Of a DNA stretch of 64,000 nt, positions 41,706 through 50,605 are shown piece by piece. The translations under genes and the position numbers were made by a program. The DNA lies in the IMG/VR virus record IMGVR_UViG_3300045988_115849; one strand, 5' to 3'. The DNA comes from a virus. Position 1 is the stretch's first letter; each line of letters opens with the position of its first letter. The notes beneath the pieces were generated by a model that searched no databases, was not told where the DNA came from, and was given only the letters and a program-made list of their open reading frames with translations.

Positions 41706-43668
41706 GTTTGACGGAGATACAAAAGTCTCTGGAAGAAATCAGGAAGGCAAGACCACAATCATGGATGCCTACTTTGACGTACTGACAGGAAAACTTTCAG
41801 ACGGAACGATGCCGGACGGAGTTAGAAGAAAAGAGGACGGCAAAGAAGTAGATAAGGTAGACGTTATCCGACAGATAAGAGTTTCTATCAACGGTAAAGA
41901 ATACGATCTGAAAAAGATCACAAAGCAGAAGTGGAAAAGACCACGAGGAACGAAAGAAGAAGTCTTCACAGGCAATGAAACAACTTATGAGATTGACGAA
42001 GTACCTAAGAAGAAGAAAGAGTTTGATGAGTTTATCTCAGATAACTTTGATCCTGAGACGTTACTTGTTTGTAGTAATCCAATTGTATTTTTAAATGCCT
42101 TGAGGAAGAATACGACAAATGCGAGAAAGATTCTTGAAAAAATGTCAGGTTTCGATCTAAGACAGTTCATCGAAGAAAATCCGCAGTATGAAAATGTATA
42201 CAAAATGATTGAGAATCATACAGCGGATGAAATCTTGAAGAAGCTTAGAAAAGAGCTAAACATGAACGAAAAGAAGATTGATGAACAGAACACAAAGATT
42301 TCGTATGAAAGAAATCGCGAGGTTGATTTTGGAAACAAAACAGAGATCGAAAAGAAATTAAACGAAGCAAGAAGCAAACTTAATAAAGTAGAAGAACAGG
42401 AAGAAACACTTGCAAACTCATTTGCAGCATATGAAACAACATCGGATGAATTGACTAAACTAAAACGTCAGAAAGATGAAATCTACAATGAAGCAAACAA
42501 AGAACTGACGGAAAAACGTTTTAAATTACGGTTTGATGAAGATAAATTGGAATGTAATCTTCAACATAAACGTGGTCTTTTAGAACAGGATGAATTTAAA
42601 CTTTCTAACGATAAAAAGAAGATAAAACAGTGGGAAGAATATCTGAACAATGCTAGAGAGAACTATAAAAAAACATTCAAAGAAGAATATCAAGATAATC
42701 AATCATCAGAAATTGAAAAAGAGGTATTCGATGATGATACAGCAATCTGCCCAACGTGCGGTCAGCGGCTTCCAGAAGATAAGATTGATCAGTTAAAAGC
42801 AGAATTTGAGGAAAATAAAAAAATAAGACTCTTGAAAGAGAAAGAAAAAGAAGATCTGTGGAAATCTGGAAAAGCCAAAAAGCTTAAAAGAATTACGGAA
42901 GATGGTAATATGTGCAAACAAAAAGTTGATTATTTTAAAGAAGATAAGAAGCTGATTGAAGAAGAAATTTCAAAAAATAAGCAAGCAATTTGTGATTACG
43001 AAAAAGAAATTGAGTCAATCAATGCAAAATTAGCTGATCTGCCAGAAGAAGTTGACATGTCCTCAAACGAAGAATACATCAAAGTTTTAAAAAGCATTGA
43101 AAATCTTGAAAATAAGATTGGATTGCTGAACAGCGGCAAAGAAAAAAGAAAACAGCTTTCAGAAGAAAAACAAAAATATTTTTCTGAAATTGCGAAACTT
43201 GAAGCTGAGTTACATAGTCTGGAAAATGCGAAAAAAGATAAAGAAAAGAGAATTGACAGTCTGGAAGAAGATTTAAAGGCGTTTTCACAGATTGGAGCTG
43301 ATCTTGAAAGACAGATTGATGAATTATTAGAGTTTTCACTCAGGAAGAATGAGTGTATCGCAGGAAAAATCAATCCATACTTCAAGCATCTTAATTTCCA
43401 GTTCTTAGATTATACCATTGAAGGAAATCCAGTGGAAACGTGTAAGATCATGTGTCATGGGATTAATTATATGGACGGGCTGAATCATGGAGACAAGATT
43501 CTATGTGAAGCTGATATGGTAAGCGGATTCCAGAAGATGAACGATGTGAGACTGCCAATCTTTATTGATGATGCAGAAAGCCTTGATTCTGACAGGATTC
43601 CAGAGTTTGAACAGCAATTAATATTACTGATCAGAAGTGACAACGATTTAGAGGTGTCAAAACTATGA
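41638..43668 (+). CDS. SMC/Rad50/SbcC-like AAA ATPase with zinc hook
   Basis: N-terminal P-loop (GRNQEGKTTIMDA), a long coiled coil with CPTCGQ in the middle, and a C-terminal D-loop-like IFIDDAESLD. Confidence 0.75.
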   Translation: MKQVELKTMSLENFKCFQDKEIKFDGDTKVSGRNQEGKTTIMDAYFDVLTGKLSDGTMPDGVRRKEDGKEVDKVDVIRQIRVSINGKEYDLKKITKQKWKRPRGTKEEVFTGNETTYEIDEVPKKKKEFDEFISDNFDPETLLVCSNPIVFLNALRKNTTNARKILEKMSGFDLRQFIEENPQYENVYKMIENHTADEILKKLRKELNMNEKKIDEQNTKISYERNREVDFGNKTEIEKKLNEARSKLNKVEEQEETLANSFAAYETTSDELTKLKRQKDEIYNEANKELTEKRFKLRFDEDKLECNLQHKRGLLEQDEFKLSNDKKKIKQWEEYLNNARENYKKTFKEEYQDNQSSEIEKEVFDDDTAICPTCGQRLPEDKIDQLKAEFEENKKIRLLKEKEKEDLWKSGKAKKLKRITEDGNMCKQKVDYFKEDKKLIEEEISKNKQAICDYEKEIESINAKLADLPEEVDMSSNEEYIKVLKSIENLENKIGLLNSGKEKRKQLSEEKQKYFSEIAKLEAELHSLENAKKDKEKRIDSLEEDLKAFSQIGADLERQIDELLEFSLRKNECIAGKINPYFKHLNFQFLDYTIEGNPVETCKIMCHGINYMDGLNHGDKILCEADMVSGFQKMNDVRLPIFIDDAESLDSDRIPEFEQQLILLIRSDNDLEVSKL

Positions 43669-44210
43669 TGTGATAATTGACTTCCTAAGCAAAGCAAAGG
43701 AAAAGTTAAGATGCGAAGAGAAAAGGAATAGCACGGAATTGTCAGGCACCGAATTGGAATGGCGAGGAGTAGAAAAGTTTTGTTATGCAATGTGAAGGAA
43801 AAGCAATGATGAGTTTAGAGAAGCTTTGGAATAGCATGGTTCTGAACTGAATAGATACGACATGGAATAGAAATGTTTTGTTACGGAGCTGAATAGTGAA
43901 GGAATTGCATAGAGACGCATGGATTTGAGAAGAAAAGGCAAAGTAAAGAAATGACTGGATAATTATTTAGCTGAAATGTAGTGGCGTGGAGAGGAATAGA
44001 GTTGACATGATAAGGAATGGTAAAGAATGGAGATGTAAAGAATGGAGATATTGCGAAAAGGAAGGGAATAGAATTGATGCAATGTGCTTCGTTTGGCAAA
44101 GGACAAGCTCAGCGATCAGCAGAGTTGTGATGGAATAGCTACGTTCAGAGTGTTTAGAACATAAGAGCATAGCACCGAAAATGAAAACGTATTAAAAAGG
44201 AGAAAAAATA
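43669..44210 (+). repeat. Purine-rich non-coding repeat region 1 (GGAATAG iterons)
   Basis: GGAATAG at 43725, 43828, 43864, 43993, 44065 and 44132, with TGAATAG twice. A tandem 15-mer TAAAGAATGGAGATG x2 starts at about 44021. A repeated approx 35-nt block lies at 43770 and 43869. There is no + strand ORF. Confidence 0.7.
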
Positions 44211-44831
44211 ATGAAAGAAATGAAAGTAAGATTAACATTTATTGAGGAAATTTTAGGAACAGCAAGTAATGATAAGGAATTACATGCAGAGTACATTGCA
44301 AGCAAGGCACCTGATGCGATCAGTAAAAAAGAAGAGATTGAAGCAATTGGTGTTGAAGGCGTTATAGAAAAAGGAAAGACTGTATTTCCTAAAGATGAAA
44401 ATGATAATCCATTTATCTATGATTACCAGATCAAAGGATTTTTCAAGAACGCAGCAAAAGCATTCAACTATGTCAAGAAACTTGCAGCATACAAAACAAA
44501 GATTGACAATCTGATCTTCGTCAATGAACGAAAGATTCTGTTACAGATTCCAGAAGGAAAAGAAATGGGAAACTGCCAGAGACCATTAAGAGCGCAGACA
44601 CCACAAGGAGAAAGAGTTGCACTTGCAAATAGTGATAGCTGTCCAGAAGGTACAGTTATTGAATTTACAGTAATGTCAATGGTTGATGATCTCATGGACA
44701 ACGTGGAAATGTGGCTTGATTACGGAAAATTAAACGGAATTGGTCAGTGGCACAATAGCGGAAAAGGTCGCTTTGTGTGGGAGAAGCTTGACAAAAAAGG
44801 AAAAGTGATTGGCGGTAACAAGGAAGATTAA
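44211..44831 (+). CDS. Conserved-looking hypothetical protein of the recombination module
   Basis: 206 aa with a strong RBS (AAAGGAGAAAA). No family recognised. Confidence 0.55.
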   Translation: MKEMKVRLTFIEEILGTASNDKELHAEYIASKAPDAISKKEEIEAIGVEGVIEKGKTVFPKDENDNPFIYDYQIKGFFKNAAKAFNYVKKLAAYKTKIDNLIFVNERKILLQIPEGKEMGNCQRPLRAQTPQGERVALANSDSCPEGTVIEFTVMSMVDDLMDNVEMWLDYGKLNGIGQWHNSGKGRFVWEKLDKKGKVIGGNKED

Positions 44832-44891
44832 TTGATGTATTGAAAATTAGTTGAAGTAACAATTAAATTTTACATAGAAAGGTTGGTAAAA

Positions 44892-45812
44892 ATGGCAACA
44901 AAAACAGAGATTCAGGAACAGGGAAAAACTCAGGCAGCGGCAGTTATTAACAATGCGTTCATTGATGGGTTAACAACACAACTTAATGAAAAGTGTAAAT
45001 ATGGAATGTCTTTTCCAAAAGACTACAATTTAGCAAATGCACTGACAGGTGCATATCTGGTATTAAAAGAAACTACAGACAGAAATAATAAGCCAATTTT
45101 AGAATCTTGCACACAGGCAAGTGTCGCAAACTCCTTAATGGATATGGCAACTCTTGGTTTATCTGTACAGAAGAAACAGGGATACTTTATTGCTTATGGT
45201 AAGAAATGTTTATTCCAGAGATCATATTTTGGAAACGTGACAATTGCAAGAAGATATGGACTAGAAAAAATCAGTTCAGAAGTCATTTACGAAGGAGATC
45301 ATTTCGAGTACGCAATTGTAGATGGAGAAAAAGTTCTCAAAGAACATACTCAGGACTTTAACAACATTAACAACGACAAGATTGTTGGTGCTTACGCAGT
45401 TCTTACGATGAATGACGGACAAAAAATCTTAGAAGTAATGAACATTAACCAGATTAAGCAGGCTTGGAAACAGGGATATGGATATCAAGAAGGTAAAGGA
45501 GTTCATGCTAAGTTTACAGACCAGATGGCCAAGAAAACAGTCATGAATCGTGCATTAAAGCAGATCATCAATACTCATGGAGATGCATTCGTTCAGGAAG
45601 CTGATGAAAGAACAGAGAAAATTCCAGAAGAGTCAGTAATTGAAGCTGACGTAAGAGAAGATGTAGAGACAGGTTCTAATCAGGAAGAGTTTATTGTTGA
45701 TGATGTTCAGGATACAGAAGAAGCTGTAGAAGAAGTCAAAAGTGCAGATGATATTGCAGAAGAAGTAACAGAAGCTGATCTGCCGGACTTTATGGTTCAG
45801 GAAGATGAATAA
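44892..45812 (+). CDS. recT: RecT-family single-strand annealing recombinase
   Basis: SVANSLMDMATLGLSVQKKQGYFIAYGKKCLFQRSYFG is RecT-like. Acidic C-terminal tail. Confidence 0.7.
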   Translation: MATKTEIQEQGKTQAAAVINNAFIDGLTTQLNEKCKYGMSFPKDYNLANALTGAYLVLKETTDRNNKPILESCTQASVANSLMDMATLGLSVQKKQGYFIAYGKKCLFQRSYFGNVTIARRYGLEKISSEVIYEGDHFEYAIVDGEKVLKEHTQDFNNINNDKIVGAYAVLTMNDGQKILEVMNINQIKQAWKQGYGYQEGKGVHAKFTDQMAKKTVMNRALKQIINTHGDAFVQEADERTEKIPEESVIEADVREDVETGSNQEEFIVDDVQDTEEAVEEVKSADDIAEEVTEADLPDFMVQEDE

Positions 45813-45886
45813 AATATTATTCTTCTGGTAGCAGTAACTTTAACTGATAGAATAAAAGCATTTGCAGATAAGAGAGTGGTGAGAAC

Positions 45887-46210
45887 ATGAAAATTTCAGA
45901 ACTGCAATTAAATTGCAAATATGATGACAGCGTTATGGAAGAATTTAAAACTTGTCACCCAAAGCAGATTATGAGCGAAGATATTCCAATTCCAATTTGG
46001 AAAATTATATATCGTTATAAAACTACTCGTGGTAACGACAGAACAGCAACAAAATATATAATTTTAGAGGAATGTTCGTGGGATATGATTGACGATGAAT
46101 TTCAACATTATATTGCTGAGTTCAATGAGAAACATCCAGAAAGAAAGCTATCAAACGTAGAAATCCTTGATAGTGTATTTCTTGGAAAAGTATATATTCC
46201 ACTTGAATAA
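45887..46210 (+). CDS. Hypothetical protein
   Basis: 107-aa ORF with RBS GAGAGTGGTGAG. Confidence 0.5.
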   Translation: MKISELQLNCKYDDSVMEEFKTCHPKQIMSEDIPIPIWKIIYRYKTTRGNDRTATKYIILEECSWDMIDDEFQHYIAEFNEKHPERKLSNVEILDSVFLGKVYIPLE

Positions 46211-46362
46211 ATTTAAAAAATCAATTGTGATCAATTCCCTGTAAACAGGGTTGTATAGTGAGATGTCATGCATTACCCATGAAACATAGCGACAATGATG
46301 GCTAAAACGTAAAATCTTACGCCATGACCTAAGATAATTGGTTTCTAAGTATAAGATAAATA

Positions 46363-46397
46363 CCTTTAACGGATGGGTAAAATCCAAAAGTTAAAGG
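46363..46397 (+). promoter_or_regulatory. RBS-sequestering hairpin in a structured 200-nt leader
   Basis: CCTTTAAC-GGAT-gggtaaa-ATCC-aaaa-GTTAAAGG. The 3' arm overlaps the SD (AAAGGAAG) of the TTG-initiated gene at 46408. Confidence 0.45.
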
Positions 46398-46407
46398 AAG
46401 ATTACAA

Positions 46408-47688
46408 TTGAATCCAATCTATGATGGATATATTAATTTTTTAAGAGAAATGTCTGGTGAAAAATTACCAGATTTAAAAGAAGGATATTTTTGGCTTAAC
46501 AGACAGATTATTAAAGGATTTGACAAGCAAGGAAATATACATAAATTTTACAAAGTTGTTGTTTCTAATGATTTAGAAGCTGTTGAAATTAAAAAACTAA
46601 AAACATATGAAAACGTACAGGATATAGATTTAATCAGTTGGAAAGAACTAATCGACTTAAATAAAGAACATTTAATTCAAATTGAATCTGAGTTATTGAA
46701 TCTAATCAAAGAAAAGATGCAGAAATACGAGAACTATACTTCGATTATTCCTGTGTCAATGGGAAAAGATTCTATGGTTACATGTCATCTTGTGAGAAGT
46801 TTATATCCTGATACAAAAGCAATATTTAACAATACATCCTTAGATTGTGCAGACACATATCAAATGGTAAAAGAGTTTACGAATTGTGAAATCATGAATC
46901 CAGATAAAGGATTCTATCAATATGTAGCATCTAATCATATGATTCCAACTAGATTTTCAAGATTCTGTTGCAGGATTTTCAAAACAGGCGTAATGATATC
47001 ACAACTTGACCATAATCATCCGTATTTATTGTGGATGGGAATGAGAAATGAAGAATCAAATACAAGAAGCTCTTATGAAGATGAATGGGTTAACAAATCT
47101 GAATGGGGTAAGACTTGTTGGAAAGGAATTTTACCTATTAGAAAATGGACAGAGTTTGATGTCTGGTTGTATACGATATGGAAAGACATTACTGTTAATC
47201 CTAAATACAAGAAGGGCTATGCAAGAGTTGGCTGCCATTGTGCTTGTCCATTTTATACAAAATCTACATGGATTCTTGATAAATACTGGTATCCAAAATC
47301 GTACAAAAGATGGAGAGAGATTCTTAGAGAAGATTTCATAAGCAATAAGAAATGGATTATTATGAATTGCACATTGGATGAATATTTAACGCAAGCTTGG
47401 AACGGTGGAACATTTAGGAATGAGCCAACAGAAGAAGTTATAAATGAGTTTGCTGAATATTTTGGTATTGATCAGAATGTGGCAATTAAATATTTTAACA
47501 AAGCATGTGATTGCTGCGGTAAAAGAATTAAACACAAAGAAGTTTTGAGTATGAATCTCAAATTACATGGTAGAAACATTGATAAATTCTATTGTAAGAA
47601 ATGTCTTATGAAAGAATATAGTTGGGATTCTTGTGATTGGGACAAACAAATTACAATGTTTAAACAATCAGGATGTGAGCTATTTTGA
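46408..47688 (+). CDS. PAPS-reductase / PP-loop family protein (IbrA/DndC-like) with Cys-rich C-terminus
   Basis: PP-loop-like SMGKDS. VGCHCACPF and C-terminal CDCCGK...CKKC clusters. The only in-frame start is TTG. Confidence 0.65.
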   Translation: MNPIYDGYINFLREMSGEKLPDLKEGYFWLNRQIIKGFDKQGNIHKFYKVVVSNDLEAVEIKKLKTYENVQDIDLISWKELIDLNKEHLIQIESELLNLIKEKMQKYENYTSIIPVSMGKDSMVTCHLVRSLYPDTKAIFNNTSLDCADTYQMVKEFTNCEIMNPDKGFYQYVASNHMIPTRFSRFCCRIFKTGVMISQLDHNHPYLLWMGMRNEESNTRSSYEDEWVNKSEWGKTCWKGILPIRKWTEFDVWLYTIWKDITVNPKYKKGYARVGCHCACPFYTKSTWILDKYWYPKSYKRWREILREDFISNKKWIIMNCTLDEYLTQAWNGGTFRNEPTEEVINEFAEYFGIDQNVAIKYFNKACDCCGKRIKHKEVLSMNLKLHGRNIDKFYCKKCLMKEYSWDSCDWDKQITMFKQSGCELF

Positions 47689-47704
47689 AAGGAGAATAAC
47701 AAAC

Positions 47705-48370
47705 ATGGTAATTAATGGTAAAAAATTTAAAGAAGTAAATATTACAAAAGATGGAGAGCTGATCGTATCTATCGCAGATGGAGAACATGGAATCGTGCAT
47801 AAAGATGATTACACAGTACAGCTTGTTGTAGAAGAAATTGGCATGACGTTTTCAGAAGCATTTAAAGCAATGAAAGCAGGAGCAAAAGTCAAACTTCCAT
47901 CTTGGGGCGGATATTGGTACTGGGATACAGAAAAAGAAACTATCATGATGCAGTGCAGACCGAAAGATACCGATAAGGGGCAAGGAGACTTATTAGACGT
48001 TAGGGAGACACAGAGAGTCGAATATACACTTTCTAACATTTTGTCTGATGAATGGCTAATCGCAGATGAAACGAATTGTCCAGTTTTAGGCGGAGAAGCC
48101 ACATTTGGATTTGGAGATGCTATCAAGTACGTGAAACGTGGACTTAAAGTTAAGAGAAAAGGATGGAACGGAAAGAATCAGTATATCCAGTTAGCAACAG
48201 GAATTTTATATAATACAGCAGACAAAACAATTGTTAATTGCGATCATGAAGCCATCGGAAATAAAGCAGTGGCATTTGCAGTGGCATTTGTGGGAACATC
48301 TGGTGTACAGATGGGGTGGTTAGCATCACAGGCTGATATGTTAGCAGAAGATTGGATGTTTGTAGATTAG
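47705..48370 (+). CDS. Tandem DUF2829 (Tad2-like) protein
   Basis: Two DUF2829-like units: MTFSEAFKAMKAGAKVKLPSWGGYWYW...SDEWLIAD and FGFGDAIKYVKRGLKVKRKGWNGKNQYIQL...SQADMLAEDWMFV. Confidence 0.65.
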   Translation: MVINGKKFKEVNITKDGELIVSIADGEHGIVHKDDYTVQLVVEEIGMTFSEAFKAMKAGAKVKLPSWGGYWYWDTEKETIMMQCRPKDTDKGQGDLLDVRETQRVEYTLSNILSDEWLIADETNCPVLGGEATFGFGDAIKYVKRGLKVKRKGWNGKNQYIQLATGILYNTADKTIVNCDHEAIGNKAVAFAVAFVGTSGVQMGWLASQADMLAEDWMFVD

Positions 48371-48380
48371 GAGTTGATAT

Positions 48381-48677
48381 ATGAGTAAATATGTAAAGAA
48401 ACCTGTTGTGGTAGAAGCTGTTAAATGGAATGGAAATAACATCGAAGAAGTAAAAGAATTTATGAAAGAACAACTTGATAAATTGCATTTTGAAAGCATG
48501 GATGCAAGTAATTTAGAAGAAGGAAAACTTTCAATGGTTGACTTTCTTGCGATTCAAACTCTTGAAGGTGTTATGACTGTATCAGACGGAGACTACATAA
48601 TTAAGGGTGTTAATGGTGAGTTCTATCCATGTAAACCTGATATTTTCAAAAAAACATATGAACCATATAACGAATAA
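48381..48677 (+). CDS. PGDYG-like small phage protein
   Basis: DGDYIIKGVNGEFYPCKPDIFKKTYE motif. Confidence 0.5.
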   Translation: MSKYVKKPVVVEAVKWNGNNIEEVKEFMKEQLDKLHFESMDASNLEEGKLSMVDFLAIQTLEGVMTVSDGDYIIKGVNGEFYPCKPDIFKKTYEPYNE

Positions 48678-48688
48678 AGGAGAAGAAA

Positions 48689-48952
48689 ATGGAAAGCAGA
48701 GAATTTTTAGCGGTATGCAAAGCCAAGATTGCAGATTATGTGAATGATCATATTGATAAGACAGATCAGAAACATCTTACGATCAACGATGTATACGTTG
48801 TCTTGTATGCTAAGACATTACAGAATCATAAAGCGTTACTGAGTACAACGTTATTAGACGGAATGTACTATGAAATGACATTCAACGGAGACAAGAGAGA
48901 GTTGTACATGGATGCTTACAAAAAGTGGGAAAACATCAAATTTGATATGTAG
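48689..48952 (+). CDS. Hypothetical phage protein
   Basis: 87-aa ORF with RBS AAAGGAGAAG. Confidence 0.5.
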   Translation: MESREFLAVCKAKIADYVNDHIDKTDQKHLTINDVYVVLYAKTLQNHKALLSTTLLDGMYYEMTFNGDKRELYMDAYKKWENIKFDM

Positions 48953-48961
48953 AGGTGGAAA

Positions 48962-49366
48962 ATGGTTGGTACTCTTGAAGAAATGAAAGACGATTTAGCA
49001 ACAGTAACAGATTACACAAAAAACGGAGAGTGTTCGCAGTGCGGTAAGTGCTGCGCCAACCTTCTTCCGTTATCACTTGGAGAAGTTAACAGGATCAAAA
49101 GATATGTGAAAGAACACAATATCAAAGAAAATGTGCATAAACCACCAATCGTAGGTAAATTTGTGGATATGACATGTCCATTTAGAGACGATGTCAGAAA
49201 GATTTGTACAATTTACGAAGTTAGACCGATGATCTGTAAAGATTTTAGATGCGACAAGGCAGCAAAGGATATTCAGGCTTCTAAGAGATTGTATTATGCA
49301 AGAAGAAATCCAGTGGACTTAAGAAAGGAAATATTCAGAAATGTCAATGTGGCTAAAAGTAATTAA
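48962..49366 (+). CDS. YkgJ-type CxxCxxCC cysteine-cluster protein
   Basis: CSQCGKCC...CPF...C...C..FRC pattern. Confidence 0.6.
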   Translation: MVGTLEEMKDDLATVTDYTKNGECSQCGKCCANLLPLSLGEVNRIKRYVKEHNIKENVHKPPIVGKFVDMTCPFRDDVRKICTIYEVRPMICKDFRCDKAAKDIQASKRLYYARRNPVDLRKEIFRNVNVAKSN

Positions 49367-50141
49367 CACAGGAAGTCAGTATGGTAATTGCTATGCATTA
49401 ATGAGTGGAGATGGAGAAATCTTATTGCTTGACTGCGGATGTAAATTTAAAGACATTCTAAGGGGAATTAATTATAGGATAGCAGATGTGGCAGGGTGTT
49501 TATTGACTCATATCCACGGAGATCATGCAAAATCATATAAAAATCTTACTAAGAATGGAATAGCAATATACAGCAATAATGAGACAGTAGAACATTTTGG
49601 AGCATATGATCCAATAGAATATTTTGATCTTGGAATTGGTGGAATGATAGGAAAAAAAGAAAGAAAGCCGTTTGAGTGTGGAAGTTTCAATGTGATTCCG
49701 TTCTATCTGCCACACACAACAAAAGACAAAGATACTGGGGAAATCATACCGTGTCCAAACTTTGGATATTTTATACAACACAAGGACATGGGAAGTCTAG
49801 TATACATGACGGATTTTGAATACCCTACACTATCTTTTAGATCGGCGAAAATCAATCATCTTCTATGTGAAGTTAATTACTGTGAGGAATTTGTTGATAA
49901 ATCGGCAGCAAACTTTGAACATCGACTCAAAGGACATTTATCTTTTGAGACATTCAAAGAAAAGGTTTTGAAACAGAATATGACAGATGCATTAAAAACA
50001 GTAACGATTTGTCACTTAAGTGATGCAGCAGCCGATGAACAAATGATTCTAAATCAAACAAAAGAGATTACAGGAAATGACATTGAAGTTAACATTGCTA
50101 AAAGATCATTATGTGTAAATCTAAATTACATACCGTTTTGA
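49341..50141 (+). CDS. MBL-fold metallo-hydrolase
   Basis: LLLDCG...THIHGDH motif. Confidence 0.75.
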   Translation: MSMWLKVINTGSQYGNCYALMSGDGEILLLDCGCKFKDILRGINYRIADVAGCLLTHIHGDHAKSYKNLTKNGIAIYSNNETVEHFGAYDPIEYFDLGIGGMIGKKERKPFECGSFNVIPFYLPHTTKDKDTGEIIPCPNFGYFIQHKDMGSLVYMTDFEYPTLSFRSAKINHLLCEVNYCEEFVDKSAANFEHRLKGHLSFETFKEKVLKQNMTDALKTVTICHLSDAAADEQMILNQTKEITGNDIEVNIAKRSLCVNLNYIPF

Positions 50142-50376
50142 TTAGTGTTGAAAAAGAAAAGATATGACATGAAACGGAATAGCGAGGAAAGGTTTTGCTT
50201 GGAAATGGCATGGCGTGGATAAGTGACGATATGAGCAGAGATGTGATGACAAGGAAAGGTATAGAGCAGTTAGGGAATAGCAATGCGTAGATAAGTGTTA
50301 TGATGCAATGGATATGAGAAGAATAGAGTTGAGATGGAATTGCATAGAGTAGAATAGTTCAGAGAAAGGAAATAAT
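50142..50376 (+). repeat. Purine-rich non-coding repeat region 2 (related to 43669-44210)
   Basis: GGAATAG at 50176 and 50274. Three words are shared with region 1. GGAATTGCATAGAG: 50336 vs 43901. GAATAGAGTTGA: 50321 vs 43994. TGGCGTGGA: 50211 vs 43982. Confidence 0.7.
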
Positions 50377-50535
50377 ATGTTTTGGTTAGTTTGGTTAGGA
50401 ATTGGATTGTATGGAATGATTCCTATAGTGATTTTTGTTTTAACACTTAAGATTTATATTAAAAATGTTGAGACAGAAAAAAGAATTAAAAAGATAATGA
50501 ATGGAATCTGTATTTTATCTAATAAAAAGTGGTGA
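50377..50535 (+). CDS. Small membrane protein (52 aa), below the track cutoff
   Basis: RBS AAAGGAAA, 6 nt upstream. MFWLVWLGIGLYGMIPIVIFVLTL followed by a basic tail. Confidence 0.45.
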   Translation: MFWLVWLGIGLYGMIPIVIFVLTLKIYIKNVETEKRIKKIMNGICILSNKKW

Positions 50536-50605
50536 TGCATCACAGTATCACAAAAGATTCGATGATGGATGATGGTAAAATATAGGTAGAAAGGACGAAT
50601 GATAC

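Noticed and set aside
43669-44210. Possible CRISPR array or coding region (- strand ORFs 43881-44099 and 43967-44170)
   Set aside because: The repeats are short (7-15 nt), irregularly spaced and degenerate, without uniform spacers. The antisense ORFs are low-complexity translations of a pyrimidine-rich strand.
46151-46387. 78-aa - strand ORF in the structured leader
   Set aside because: No RBS, and it overlaps the end of a + strand gene. The region is better explained by the RNA secondary structures.
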